DNA of 64,000 nt from Takakia lepidozioides (Eukaryota; Plantae; Bryophyta): the NCBI GenBank assembly GCA_030704615.1, contig CM060734.1, positions 62,248,001 to 62,312,000 of the forward strand, given 5' to 3'. The notes beneath the pieces are model-generated. The model saw only the letters and a program-made list of their open reading frames with translations, did no database searches and was not told where the DNA came from. A program made the position numbers and the translations under genes. Positions 41,062 through 53,084 of the stretch are shown one piece after another (the stretch's first letter is position 1; each line of letters starts with the position of its first letter).

Positions 41062-42137
41062 GTTGTCCAGGCTGACTGATGCAGGCCCCGGGAGAGCAAC
41101 CGATGAAGTCAACCCCGAAACCCTAAATCGCCCACAGCCGTAGAATCAACCAGAAAGCAAGTAGCACTGAGGTTGTAAAGCTCTCAGTTGCCACGCGCTT
41201 CCACCGTTGCCACGTTCGCTCGTCTCTGCTCTGAGTCCATTCAATCAAAGGCCAGTCACACTGCTATTGCAATCTACACCACATAATTCTCTTTTTGTTA
41301 CTAAGCTAGAAATCAGACTATATGGCCATGGCGTCTCTCTGTCTTCTTCGAGTCCACTGACACGCTCCACTTATTCTCTTGGTCATGCACCGGTTGTTGC
41401 TAATCCAGAACTATATAAAACATCGCTTCCATATCCACATCTCTTGCCCGTAGTGTTCACAAAAGGCAGTAGCGCGGATGCAATATGAGTCTCCACGATA
41501 GGTTTAGCCAGCCCCAAGCGCCATGTTTAATTTAAGCTAACCGCTCTGCTTTAGCCTAAGCTTTTCGCAAGACAGTGCAGCAAGCAAATTGGCAAAACCG
41601 TGGCATAACCGCAAATGGCATCTCAGTTGGGCCATGTCACAGGAGCTGGCCGAGCACCGTGAACCCTCACGAGGCACCCCAATCTAGATACATTCATCTA
41701 CTACGGGCAAAACTTTATTATACGTCCAAGTACTTGGGTTCATACATCCATTGACAGTCCCATGGACTACGAGGAGATAGATGACGTCCATCGATTCACA
41801 GGGATGAAAACTGAATGGATGGTGTCCCTACGGATGATAAAGTGAGCTCATCCCTAAGGAAGCCTGTGCAGCCAGTACACTCCTTTCTCACTTTTTTCAT
41901 CCTCTCTTGGCGTTCTTCCTTTCTTCTTGGTCCGCTTGTGAGAAAGGGCCCTATTGCGTGTTACACTAGAGCTCCGAGGAGGATTTTGAGAATGACTCTA
42001 AATCTGCTGTTTGCTGTGAATGTAGCCGCAGAGTACACAACATTGTTCACCAGTCTGTGAGGGACTGGACAGTAGCTGAAATGTACCTTTATTTTCCTCA
42101 TCTCTAGAGTCTTTTGTGTTCACTTGAATCGGGGACC

Positions 42138-42590
42138 ATGGGAGAACAACCCCCGGAGCCCATGGATGAGGACCGCGCGGAGTTTAACGAGAACGATGAT
42201 GCGAATAAAGACACTGTAGAAACCCGCCAGCTGTGTGAAGGATTTAGCCCTGACTATCTGCGGCTTTATTATGGTAAGTCCTGGATGGCCTGACAGTGTG
42301 AATTGCAGGACCTAGCTTATGTCTTCTCCCATATTAGTTTGTCTGGTCATAATCTCATCGGTCGACTCCTCATGAAGCGCGTGTATACGCACAATGCGTC
42401 TGATATGCCCGGTCTGCCATTTTGAGCTTCTAGGTCTCTTTGCCACCTCATTCAGACACTATTGTTGATGTTGATGCGAATCGCCTGTTTTCATACCTTC
42501 GCATTCCAAGCCCGTAGATTGAGCTCACGTGTTTGATGTGCTACCAGGAAGGCTATTTGCTTACGCAGAAGTGGTTGTCATATGGACAAG
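42138..42590 (+). pseudogene. PRIM1: DNA primase small subunit, first two exons only
   Basis: FSPDYLRLYY|GRLFAYA...KWLSYGQ matches the primase N-terminus. Intron 42274-42547. Exon 2 has a frameshifting deletion; the remainder is not in the window. Confidence 0.7.
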
Positions 42591-43258
42591 GTAAATTCCC
42601 AAACAATGTGGTCTTTGTCAATGACTCGGGAGTTCGTCATCTTTCTTTGTTTGTTTACCACCTTAGAGTAGCTGCGTTTGGACTCCTTGTTCAATATTCT
42701 GTCTTGTACCCTGCTTTCTTTTGTATAAGCTCTTTGAGCTTTCCATGGACTTAGCAAAGTTTATTTATTTATTTATTTATAATATATACGGAGATCTGTA
42801 GGATGATCTTGCCTCGTGGTCTCACCCTTTGAAGTTGTTGAGTTTTTCGAAGTTGTCGAGTTTTAGATGCGTTTGTATCCCCTGCTTTAGATCATTGCAT
42901 TGTTATGTGCTATGAGTCTATACGATAGTGCATGCCATAAACTCCCTCTCGAGTAACGCATGTAAGATCATCTAAGTTGTTCCTAATGTGTCCATTCTTT
43001 TGCAAAACAGAGATAGGGTTTTATTCTCCTGTGTGTCGTGCACCTAAGCATCGTGCCACAACATACATCGCTGTCCACCACACAATCTAAGCACACAATC
43101 CTAGAAAGTTATACCACAATGAAAAGAGTTGAGAAATGAGAGAAGTGAAAGACCATCAAACCACTCTCAAATATGAAAGAAAACGCAATAAGACCACACC
43201 TTAGTCCTTTCAAGTGTGAATCCACTCCATCACTCATATATAAGTTCCCCCACTACCT

Positions 43259-44124
43259 CTATCCAAGGCATCGTGGACACAACCATTCTCCACTATGAAC
43301 CTCCTCAAGTGGCGGTGTCAAGCATCCCATGTGCCACCCCCTTGAGCATTTGTCACACACCAACATGGTCGTGGCACCACCAGCATGCCCACATAGCATG
43401 CAACGCAACCCTGCAGGTACCACTACAAGGTTGGGATCTATCCTCCCATCCACATGTGCATTGGCGCACAATTACGCACATGGTCCTTCCATACCATCCC
43501 ATCTCGACCCTCCAGAATCAACACTCCTGAAGGCAATACCTCCCGGACCCTTAGAATCACACGACCTACTATGACATCCAAGGTCGTAGGCGCTGTCTGC
43601 TGCAGATACACATAGTCCCCAGGATGGAAACGCCGAACACCTGGCTGATATCCCCCTCCACGTATAGTGACGTACCTCAATGTATCTCGGTGTTGGGCAA
43701 TAGCAAGGTTCTCAAAAGCCATAGGCATGACTCTCTTAAACAACTTTGCCCGTTGGGCACATGCTTGTGTCCACACATACGGATCATCAAAGTTGAGGAC
43801 TACTGCAGTCTCCCTGCGAATAAATGCAGGCAAATCTGGCTCTCGGCCAAAGATAATGAAATAAGGCGAGAATGAGGCAAGTGATGATTGTTTGCTAAAC
43901 TTGTAGCCCATGGCCAACCAAGGTAGCTGAAGGTCCCAATCTCCCAAGTGTCCCTTCTGCAAGCCATACTTGCGCAAGCCTCGCTTGACTGTTTGCAAAA
44001 CCCTCTCGACCAAGCCATCAGCCTCGGGATGATCCCGAGAAATAGTGCAGTGATCTATCAAGGCTTGCTCACACAAAGCCTGAAACTCCCCCGAGAATTC
44101 TCTCCCCTGGTCCGTGAGTACCTC
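43259..44124 (-). pseudogene. Copy B integrase core and C-terminal PHD finger
   Basis: VLTDQGREF, HPEADGLVER; CMLC...MLVCDKCSRGWHMGCLTPPL...WLCPRC (intact C4HC3). Confidence 0.9.
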
Positions 44125-44705
44125 TGTCGTGCACCTAAGCATCGTGCCACAACATACATCACTGTCCACCACACAATCTAAGCACACAATCCTAGAAAGC
44201 TATACCACAATGATAAGAGATGAGAAATGAGAGAAGTAGAAGACAATGAAAGCTGCAATCACATGAAGAACAAGCCCTAGTCCTTCCAAGTGAAATCCAC
44301 TCTATCACATAAACTAAGTCAAGCCAAGGGCACCTTTGCTAAAGGAATCCACCCTACAAAGCCCTCAACACACTCCCTCTCAATACCTAGAGCTATGGAG
44401 GTGAGAGAAGCTCATGGAGGCTCAACTACAAGAAGATGAGCCTCCTCAACACTCACAAGGGGAAAACCTATCTCCATGTCTCAAGTGAGGCTCGACACCT
44501 CACTTGGCATGTGAGACCAAATGAAGTCCCAACACACAAAATATAAATATAAATATCTAAAATGTCCTAGTTAACTAGAAGTAGGTAATTCTAGATAACC
44601 ATGACTAAAACCATGACAGCTGTCATGCACCTAAGCATCGTGCCACAACATACATCGTTGTCCACCACACAATCTAAGCACACAATCCTAGAAAGTTATA
44701 CCACA
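44125..44705 (-). repeat. 3' terminal repeat block B1(44705-44621)-GC-A2(44618-44211)-T-B2(44209-44125)
   Basis: B1 and B2 are near-identical 85-bp repeats; A2 is near-identical to 54789-55200; a PPT-like AGGGGGGCG lies at 44716-44708. Confidence 0.92.
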
Positions 44706-44933
44706 ATCGCCCCCCTAGCTGGTGGTTAGGTCCATCTAACTCCAGATAGCTACAAGATGTAATAGCCACAGCCGTACTAAGTCCTCTATCACTGTCCCTA
44801 TTGTACTCAAACTCTATAGACCAAGAGGTCGGGTACAAGAGCAACCCCATCGTTAGTTGCCGTCTTGCAATGTGTGAACTTGAGTCAGGATCTCGTGTGT
44901 TAGTCTCCTAGTAGCTTGGCCTTGCATTTCTTG

Positions 44934-47900
44934 TTAGTCTTCCATGGTTGTATCCACTCCCACTAATCCAATGCAATGCGGACATAACCAATCCCCATCA
45001 GGAACCATCTCAAGAGGTGGAGTCAAGCATCCCATATGCCAACCTCTAGAGCATTGATCATACACCAGCATGGTGGCTGCCCCTCTAGCAGACCTACACA
45101 ACATGTACCTCAAACTTGTAGGTACCACTGCCAGGTTTGGGTCAACCCTTCCATCAACATTTGGAAGGTGACATGGCGCGCAATTACGCACATGGTCCTT
45201 CCAAATCATGCCATCCCGACCATCCAAGATCACGACTCCCAAGGGCAACACCTCTCGAACCCTCAAAATAGTACGTCCTACAGTCACATCCAAGGTCGTA
45301 GGAGCAGTTTGCTGCAGATAAACATAGTCACCAGGGTTGAATCTCCGAACCCCAGGACGATAGCCCCCACCACGTATGGTAGCATACCTCAACATATCAC
45401 GATGTTGTGCAATGACAAGGTTCTCGAAAGCCATGGGCATGACTTTCTTGAACAACTCTGCACGCTGTTCACATGCACGTGCCCACACGTCCGGATCATC
45501 AAGGTTAAGAACTGTAGCAGCTTCTCTGCGAATGGATGTAGGCAAATCCGGCTCTCGGCCAAAGAGAAGAAAGTATGGTGAGAATGAGGCAAGTGATGCT
45601 TGCTTGCTGAACCTGTAGCCCATGGCTAACCAGGGTAACTGAAGGTCCCAATCTCCTAGGTGTCCATTCTGCAAGCCATACTTGCGCAAACCCCTCTTTA
45701 TTGTCTGAACAACTTTCTCTGCCAAGCCATCGGCCTCAGGATGATCCCGAGAAGTGGTGCGGTGGTCTATCAAGGCCTTGTCACACAAAGCCTGAAACTC
45801 CCCCAAGAACTCTCTCCTTGGTCCGTGAGTACCTCACTGGAGCACCGAATCGGCTAAGCACACAATCCAAGAATGCATACGCAGCTCCCTCACTAGCATT
45901 TATCAGGCAATGGAACCAATTCAATCCACTTGGAGAAGTGCTCCACCATCACCAACACGTACTTGTTGTGGCGCATGGTCAGTGGCAATGGCCCTACGAA
46001 GTCAAGACTCCACCTGTAGCCCAATCCCATGATCGAAAGAGGGTGCAATTGTGGAGTAGGGGCGTTGAATGAAGCACGCACCCTGTCACACACCATGCAC
46101 CTAGCCACAAATTGTTGCACCTCTGTGTGCATACCATGCCACCAATACTGCCCCTGCAGTAGACTATGAGTGCGTCGCACCCCAAAATACCCCAACTCCT
46201 CATGGGCATGCCGCACTAACCATGCCCGCTGTGTTGGGTGAGGCACAATCCTCACTCGACCATCCTCCCACACTCGGAGTAGGTGTGTCCCCTCCCATTT
46301 GAACCTCTTGGCTCATTGTAGGATCCGATCCCTCTCCTTGGCAGTCACAGTGGCTGCAGTGTCTCCAGTGCGGAGGTAGTCCAACACAACTGAATCCTCA
46401 TGTATATCTTTGGCGCCACCTTGCTCATTGCTGGCCTCAGGGTCCTCAGACACTTGATCTACAGTCATCCCTGTTGCAGGTCCAATCTGGCCTTCCGCTG
46501 CCAAGATACACAGAAATGCAGATGCATGCCATCCGGGCACCATCTCCTCGTCCGTCTCACCATGCCACCGAGCTCCAGTGTCATCCTGTTGGCTCGTGCA
46601 TGGATTGCGACTCAACCCATCTGCATTGCGATTGACCAAACCCGGTCGATGCACCACCTGAAAGTCATACTCTTGAAGGATGAGTGCCCACCGTGCAAGC
46701 TTCCCCGTAAGCTTGTCTGACTCCATCAACCACTTGAGTGGTTGGTGATCCGTGACAAGGGTGAAGAGATTGCCGTATAGATAGCACCTGAAGTGTGCCA
46801 CGGCCCACACTGCAGCTAAGCATTCTCTCTCATATGAGCTATACTTAGACTCTGCAACGTTGTTTGAGCGGCTAGCATAAGCCACTACGAACTCTCTTCC
46901 CTCATCATCCACCTGTGTGAGCACCGCTCCAAGCCCCAGCATGCTCCAATCTGTATGCAGCTGAAAAGGACGCCCCCTGATAGGTCGTCTCAAGATGGGC
47001 GCCGAGGTCAACCTCGCCTTGAGCTCTTGAAAAGCTTGTTCTTGCTCATTTTCCACTGCCACTCCTGGTCCACCTTGGTCAGCTTGGTTAGAGCCTTTGC
47101 AATGGCACTAAATCCCTTAACAAACCGTCTATAATAGTTTGCTAACCCCATGAAAGCTCGAACTCGGCTCACATCCGTGGGGCGTGGAACCTGTGCAATG
47201 GACTCTACCTTAGTCTGTTGTACCCCCAATCCTCCAGGATATATCATGTGACCCAGATACTCAATCTGGTTGTGGAAAAACTTGCACTTTCCGGATGTAA
47301 CTTCAATCCGTGCGCCCTCAAGCGCTCAAATACCCCCTGAAGGTGTCTCTCATGCTCTTCCACCGTAGCACTAAAGATGATGATGTCATCTATGTAGCAC
47401 CGAGCAAACTCCACCCCTGCTAGAATCTGTCCATGACTCTCTGAAACTCTGCCGGAGCGTTCTTAAGCCCAAATGGTAAGAACCGCCACTGGTATAGGCA
47501 ATCCTTCCCGTGCTCATTGATCCCCCAGAATGCCGTCTTTTGCTTATCCGCCTCCTTGATCGGCAACTGGTGATATCCGGATCGTAAATCCAACGTGCTA
47601 AAGACCTTGGCATGCCCAATGGCATCAAAGATCTCCTCTGGTGTTGGCATGGCATACCTATCGGACTTGGTCTGACGATTTACAGGCCGGTAATCACCGC
47701 ACATACGTCTCTCCGTCCAATTGCCAAAGACATCCTTCTTGGCTGGCATCACTGTGGCTGAAGCATACTCTCCCCCAGATAGCTCCACCAAACCAGCCTC
47801 CCAAAGGTCCTGAGTTCTCATCTGAATCAAGGACCTCTCCATGTCACTGTATCTATAGGGTCTCCGAAAGATTGGCGTGTCAGTAGCCAATTCAATGCGA

Positions 47901-48094
47901 ATCTCTTGACCCTTCAGTGCTCCTAAGTCCTTCAAACTGAAGGCAAAGCAGTTCCTGTAAGCCCTCAAGAACCGCCGTATACGTCGTCTCTCTCCTCCGG
48001 TGACTATAGGTCCAACATCAGGCTCCCAGTTGTCCTCCGTGACTGCAACCTTGAGTCCAGCAGGCTTAGAGGTAGAAGACGCGTCCCGTGGTTG
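44934..48094 (-). pseudogene. Copy A pol: RT, RNase H, integrase, PHD finger
   Basis: [28 protein letters not shown]; TDWS..GLGAVL, TDHQPL; HEELG..CMVC, SLDF, HPEADGLAE; PHD with two Cys-to-Tyr changes. Several frameshifts and a stop at 46313. Confidence 0.93.
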
Positions 48095-51000
48095 CTATGC
48101 TGCAACCTCTTGAGCAGTGACCACTGCCTCCTCTGTCAGTGACAATGTCTCATCCTGCCCCATCATCCCATCCTTGAGGACCTCCTCAATCCGAGAAAAA
48201 TCCCCAACCTGATCCATCACCGCCGCCTTGGCTGCCAACTCCTTCTGAACCTCGAGCACCTCCCACGTGTGCCATGGATGCGGCCTGCACCTCGTGGTCC
48301 TCACCTGCTCGCCCCCACTCGCTGCCTGTACCGTCTCGGTAGGCAGGGAGACCATGAAGGGAAGTGTACTCCGTACTCTGCGCTGCTCAGCCATAGCCAA
48401 GCTGATAATCCAGGTCAAGCAATTGAGATCCATTGCTTGCCCCAACACCTGACGACGTGATGCCTCAGAAAGAGATGGCACCGCCGTGGTACCTGTGGTA
48501 AAACCCATCGCCCGCTCGCGCTCGTCAGCATTGGGCTCCACTAATTGTTGCAACTGGCTATCCCACAAGAGGCCAGGTCCACCATCCCGAAAAGCATGGG
48601 ATCCTGGGAAGCTGAGCAGTGTAGGTAATGCTGCTCGTGGTTGACCCACCCTGTTGACCACTGCCAAAGGCGAACGGTCATCGTGTCTCACACGTTGAGA
48701 CTGCCTCCCTGTGTCCAAAATGCTATCCACTGTGAGGTGTGCTGGCCGCTGCACCCCATCAAATGCACGCTTGAGCAGTGCGGGTGGCATCAAGTTAGTC
48801 CACCATAGCCGTGGACGATGAGCCCATGACCCCACTGCAGCTGCATCCAGCAACACTGCTGACCCAAGCCACGACCGGACTTGATGCACACTGGCCATCA
48901 CCCTGGCCCGAGAATCACCCATCAGTGGCACATTCTCCAAGATGTATGCTGGAGATACAGCTTGATGAAGCTGCAAGTGGCGCAAAATCCGCACCATCTC
49001 CCAAAACAGACCCGTCCTCGAGTCTCGCAATCCATTGCCATGCCCGGCTGATGAATGCCCTTGGCAGGGCCAACCTGCCACTACCAGATCAATGGAGCCA
49101 ACCCGCTCCAAATCCTGCGCCCCCAGCAACGAAATGTCTGCTGGCAAGGCTTGTTGGTATCCACGAACTGCAGACACTGGCAACAAATCAGGGTACTGCT
49201 GTACCAACTGAGCAACATGGCGCAGTGAGACGCGTCGTGCAGTCTCATCCCTCTCCACATACAGGTAACGTCGAACTCGTACACCTGCCTGCAGTACTGC
49301 AGCCAATCCAGTGCTGATCCCGCCAAACAAGTCCAGAAGGCATATGCCTTCATCCGGGCACTGCCACACAAGAGGTGTGGTGTCCAATGGCGACAACTGA
49401 GGTGGTCCTGGTGCAATCACCGCACTCTCCTCTTCTCCTGACGGTACGAAGGCCTCTACCCAGGCTTGTTGTACCCGTCCATCAGCAGCCTGCTGCAAAT
49501 CCTTGCTCGTACCCCATAATGGAGTGTGAGCAACCATGGCAGGCAACTCCGCCGTACCATGCATGTCATCCTGCTCTGCTGGAGGTGGCACATCCTCTGC
49601 ATGGGCATTGCCTTCCAGCAACTCTCCAGGCCAACTAACTGCAGCTGTAAAGGCGGCTAGTGTTGGCATCTTGCCCCGCTGGGCAGCCGCAATACCCCCA
49701 ATGAATGTCACAGGGAGCTGTGCACGACGACCATCCCCTGACTGCCATCCAGGCCTGTAGGATGCTGACTCCTCCCAAAAGTCCAGGGTGAAGCCCATGG
49801 GATATAACACTGCCCCACCAACAAGGACATCGTAAGAGACCGCGTCTGTCACAATGGCCTTGGCTCGCATCACTGAGCCATCTACAGGATGATCTGGTTG
49901 TAGTCCAATGGCCAACTCACGCCGTGTCATGCCCCGAGCCTGCTCTGATCCTCCCAGAGATGTCTGTATCTGGAAAGGACAAGGCTCCATATCCGCCTCC
50001 ATGAGGCCCAAACCTGCAATAGCAGCTCTGCCCAACATCAGTGGCTGAGCTCCTGAGTCCAACAAGACCCGCAGTGGCCGGTACTTCTTGCCTGCCGGTC
50101 CACTCAAAGTGAAAATGCCTCCCTGGTTGTCTAACAAGACAACTCCAGGTGTCACCATGGCGCGCTCAAAGGCTGGCCTAGCTGGCAGCTCCGTCAACCT
50201 GGCAGCTGCAGCTTGCCATGGCGCAGCCGTGGCAGTCTTGACCCTCAAATCCGAGGATCCCTCTGCCACTACACCTTCCAGTAACTCCGCAGAAGATGAA
50301 GTGACCTCCCCACTCTCGCAGAGTGTTGCTGCTAGTCTGAACACTGCAGCTGGTCTTACCCCCGGCGTCGCAATCATGGTTGCCGAGAACAGTGGGGCTT
50401 GACACACAGAGGTGGCTGCCCCCAATAACACACCGGCTGCACTAGCCTTGGTAGCAGGTGTCAGTGCTGCACGTGTAGCTCTCCCCAATGGCATAGTAAC
50501 CTCCGCCTCGGTAACAGTCGGGCGAGAACTAGGTGCCATGGATGGCGTCGACACTGTCTCCGCCAATGTGAATGACTGAGGAAGCCTCGCCTGACGGCTT
50601 GCCTCCCCACGCTGTGGATCCAATTCCACCTCTGCACCTCGTGGCTCAGGAACTCGTGCTGCTCCTCGAGTCACGGCTGCAGCAGACTCCACCTGCACTA
50701 GTGGTAGTGCTGCTCCGCACATGAATCCCATGCCTCCCATATCTCCTCCCTCAGGAGCAGGAGGTGGACCATCCCGCCTGGGAGCCGGTACCACCTGAGC
50801 TGTAGCCATGGCAGCGAGCCTCTGCTCTAGCTGCTGAAGCCGGTTGGCCATGTCTTGGTCAACACCCTGACCTCCGCGTCCTTGGCCATGTTGAGCTTGC
50901 CCTTGGCCTGCACCTCGTGCCCGACCACCTCGTCCTCTCTGGGCTGGTCCACCTCGCCCCCGGCCACCATTGTTCCCTTGGAACTGGCCTGGGCGCAACT

Positions 51001-51196
51001 CAGGGTGCAAGTCATAACACTGGGCATCTCCATGCCCATACTTGCCACAATGCCCACACTGCAACTGTGCAGGCTGTGCTTGTGCCGGCCTTCTGCCACT
51101 CTCTGGGCAATCTCTCTTGACATGGGGTCCTCCACATGTCCAACATATCACCCCTGGTTGCTGTTGGCCTGCAAAAGATGCCACGGGCCTCTGCAC
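48095..51196 (-). CDS. Copy A polyprotein segment: two zinc knuckles, aspartic protease and C5 cytosine DNA methyltransferase (DNMT3-like)
   Basis: 1033-aa open frame: CWTCGGPHVKRDC, CGHCGKYGHGDAQC; LLDSGAQ; LDLFGG (I), YVERD (II), GWPCQG (IV), ILENV (VI), AHRPRLWWTN (VIII), ERAMGF (IX), VLGQAM (X). Confidence 0.93.
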   Translation of the reverse strand: MQRPVASFAGQQQPGVICWTCGGPHVKRDCPESGRRPAQAQPAQLQCGHCGKYGHGDAQCYDLHPELRPGQFQGNNGGRGRGGPAQRGRGGRARGAGQGQAQHGQGRGGQGVDQDMANRLQQLEQRLAAMATAQVVPAPRRDGPPPAPEGGDMGGMGFMCGAALPLVQVESAAAVTRGAARVPEPRGAEVELDPQRGEASRQARLPQSFTLAETVSTPSMAPSSRPTVTEAEVTMPLGRATRAALTPATKASAAGVLLGAATSVCQAPLFSATMIATPGVRPAAVFRLAATLCESGEVTSSSAELLEGVVAEGSSDLRVKTATAAPWQAAAARLTELPARPAFERAMVTPGVVLLDNQGGIFTLSGPAGKKYRPLRVLLDSGAQPLMLGRAAIAGLGLMEADMEPCPFQIQTSLGGSEQARGMTRRELAIGLQPDHPVDGSVMRAKAIVTDAVSYDVLVGGAVLYPMGFTLDFWEESASYRPGWQSGDGRRAQLPVTFIGGIAAAQRGKMPTLAAFTAAVSWPGELLEGNAHAEDVPPPAEQDDMHGTAELPAMVAHTPLWGTSKDLQQAADGRVQQAWVEAFVPSGEEESAVIAPGPPQLSPLDTTPLVWQCPDEGICLLDLFGGISTGLAAVLQAGVRVRRYLYVERDETARRVSLRHVAQLVQQYPDLLPVSAVRGYQQALPADISLLGAQDLERVGSIDLVVAGWPCQGHSSAGHGNGLRDSRTGLFWEMVRILRHLQLHQAVSPAYILENVPLMGDSRARVMASVHQVRSWLGSAVLLDAAAVGSWAHRPRLWWTNLMPPALLKRAFDGVQRPAHLTVDSILDTGRQSQRVRHDDRSPLAVVNRVGQPRAALPTLLSFPGSHAFRDGGPGLLWDSQLQQLVEPNADERERAMGFTTGTTAVPSLSEASRRQVLGQAMDLNCLTWIISLAMAEQRRVRSTLPFMVSLPTETVQAASGGEQVRTTRCRPHPWHTWEVLEVQKELAAKAAVMDQVGDFSRIEEVLKDGMMGQDETLSLTEEAVVTAQEVAA

Positions 51197-52269
51197 CTGA
51201 GGTCCCCTGTAAGCTCCATGGAACTTGGGTTGGGCAACCTTGCCCCCTGACCACGCTGTTGGGCAGTCCCTTGTACCTGTTGGCTGGCAGCTGCACCTCG
51301 TGCAGGCATGTCCTTGCCAAATCCAATGGTAACAACTCGCTCCTCCACCATGTTGAGCTCAATCCGCTCAGCCAGCAGAAACACATCCGCTAATGTGGGT
51401 TGGGCCGCTTGTAACAGGGTTGCATCCCGCACCCTTCTCTTGAGCTCCTTGTCCAAAATTCCATACCAGAACTGGACTGCCTGAGCTTCAGTAACCCCTT
51501 GGGTCACACTTATCAAGCGCCTCATACGAGTGTAGGCCTCTCGCAAGCTCTCACTGGATTTGCGCTGGAAGTCTTGCAAACTTCGCAGCTTCTCTGTCCG
51601 TACACCTTGGTAGTTCCTCCGCAACTCCTGGAAGAACTCCACCACCGGGTTGAATCTAGGCACATGTGTTGTAATTGTGGCAGGAGGAGTAGTAGCACCT
51701 TTTGAACTGGTACCACCTGCAGAAGTGCCGGCACTACTTGTTCCACTACTAGTGCTTGTAGTTGGAGATGTTTGTGTAGCTGCTGGTGTCACCGCTGCCC
51801 TTGTGCCTCTAGTGATTGAGACATAGTTAGGTGACCAATACTCTCGCCACTCCTCAATCTCCACCGCATGTCCCCGCCTAAATTCATGGTAATCATCCAT
51901 GGGCGGCCCCTCAAGGTGCTGGAATAGCCCCTTCCACGCCATAAAGGGCGTAAACAGTTGTGGATTGCGCATTTGCTGCAAATCACACCAACTGTCAAAC
52001 TCTTGTATAAAGTCATCAAGCTCGATGGTGCCCACAGCTCCAGAGTACCTACGTGGCCCCTTGGTAGCTCCATACATCTCCTCCATCGTGTCCCACAACA
52101 ATGGCACGGAAATGACTTGCACCCTCGGCGAGAATCCTCCTGACTCCGAGTCTGAACCTTCCTCAGAAGACACTGAAGGTGAAAGTGGCCTAAACCGCAC
52201 ACCTTGTCTTGTGTACCCACTAGTATCGCTGGTGCTTGTACCGGCACTCCCCTCAGCAGCTGGTGGCAC
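51148..52269 (-). CDS. Copy A Gag (capsid-like)
   Basis: YSG..ELDDFIQEFDSWC, LQDFQRKSSESLREAYTRMRRL, FWYGIL. Overlaps the zinc-knuckle ORF through a frameshift near 51180. Confidence 0.8.
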   Translation of the reverse strand: MPPAAEGSAGTSTSDTSGYTRQGVRFRPLSPSVSSEEGSDSESGGFSPRVQVISVPLLWDTMEEMYGATKGPRRYSGAVGTIELDDFIQEFDSWCDLQQMRNPQLFTPFMAWKGLFQHLEGPPMDDYHEFRRGHAVEIEEWREYWSPNYVSITRGTRAAVTPAATQTSPTTSTSSGTSSAGTSAGGTSSKGATTPPATITTHVPRFNPVVEFFQELRRNYQGVRTEKLRSLQDFQRKSSESLREAYTRMRRLISVTQGVTEAQAVQFWYGILDKELKRRVRDATLLQAAQPTLADVFLLAERIELNMVEERVVTIGFGKDMPARGAAASQQVQGTAQQRGQGARLPNPSSMELTGDLRCRGPWHLLQANSNQG

Positions 52270-52947
52270 CTCCGTGATGAAAACTCACAACCCAACCGGT
52301 TGTCAACCTGTCTCTAATCCCCACTTTCTACAAGGTAACCGGGTAAAGAACCTGTTGCGGCTACTGGTTCAAGCAGGAATAATAGGTTTCTAACGTAGAC
52401 CTGTACCTGCACCTGCATCCACCGCAAGCACTCCTATGGTCTGCTGGTCATCAACCCAGCCTCACCATAGAAGAAACACTGGTGGTCTTGCTGGTCATCA
52501 CTCCAGCCTCACCACCGACAGCATACTCTAGGATTGGCCGGTGATCAAATCCGGACCAACCTCCTATGAAAACAAGCGCCCACACAAAGCTAACATGGCG
52601 CACAGTCAAGCATGCAGGTGTGGAGGGGATCCAAACACAAGAAAATCAAGACAGCAACTCCCCCACACCAAAAACACTCCACAGTGTCGCTCCTGCAAGG
52701 ACACCCCAGCCCAAACCCGGACTGACTCTTGCCTCCACCTACGGAAAGGTTTTGGCCTACAGAGAGGGTGAAAGACTATGGAGAAGAGAAACTAAAGCAA
52801 TTCCTAACCCCAGAATGCTCTCATCCCACCACTCTCCCTCCTGTCTCTATCCACTCGCTTGTATGGCCGTGGCAAGTATCCTTCAATATCCCTCAATCAA
52901 TCCTTCAAGAGCTCTTCAACATTGTCCACCAAAGCTCCTCGAAGGGT

Positions 52948-53058
52948 CCTCCAAGGACCCCAAAGATCCTCCAAACACTCCTCCAAGGACCCCAAAGATC
53001 CTCCAAATACTCCTCCAAGGGCCCTCAAATATCTTCCAAACAATCCTCCAAAGGCCCT
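52948..53058. repeat. ~32-bp tandem repeat, 3-4 copies, in the copy A leader
   Basis: cctccaaggaccccaaagatcctccaaa[c/t]act units. Confidence 0.85.
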
Positions 53059-53084
53059 TAAATTTCACTAAGTCCTTTCACTGT

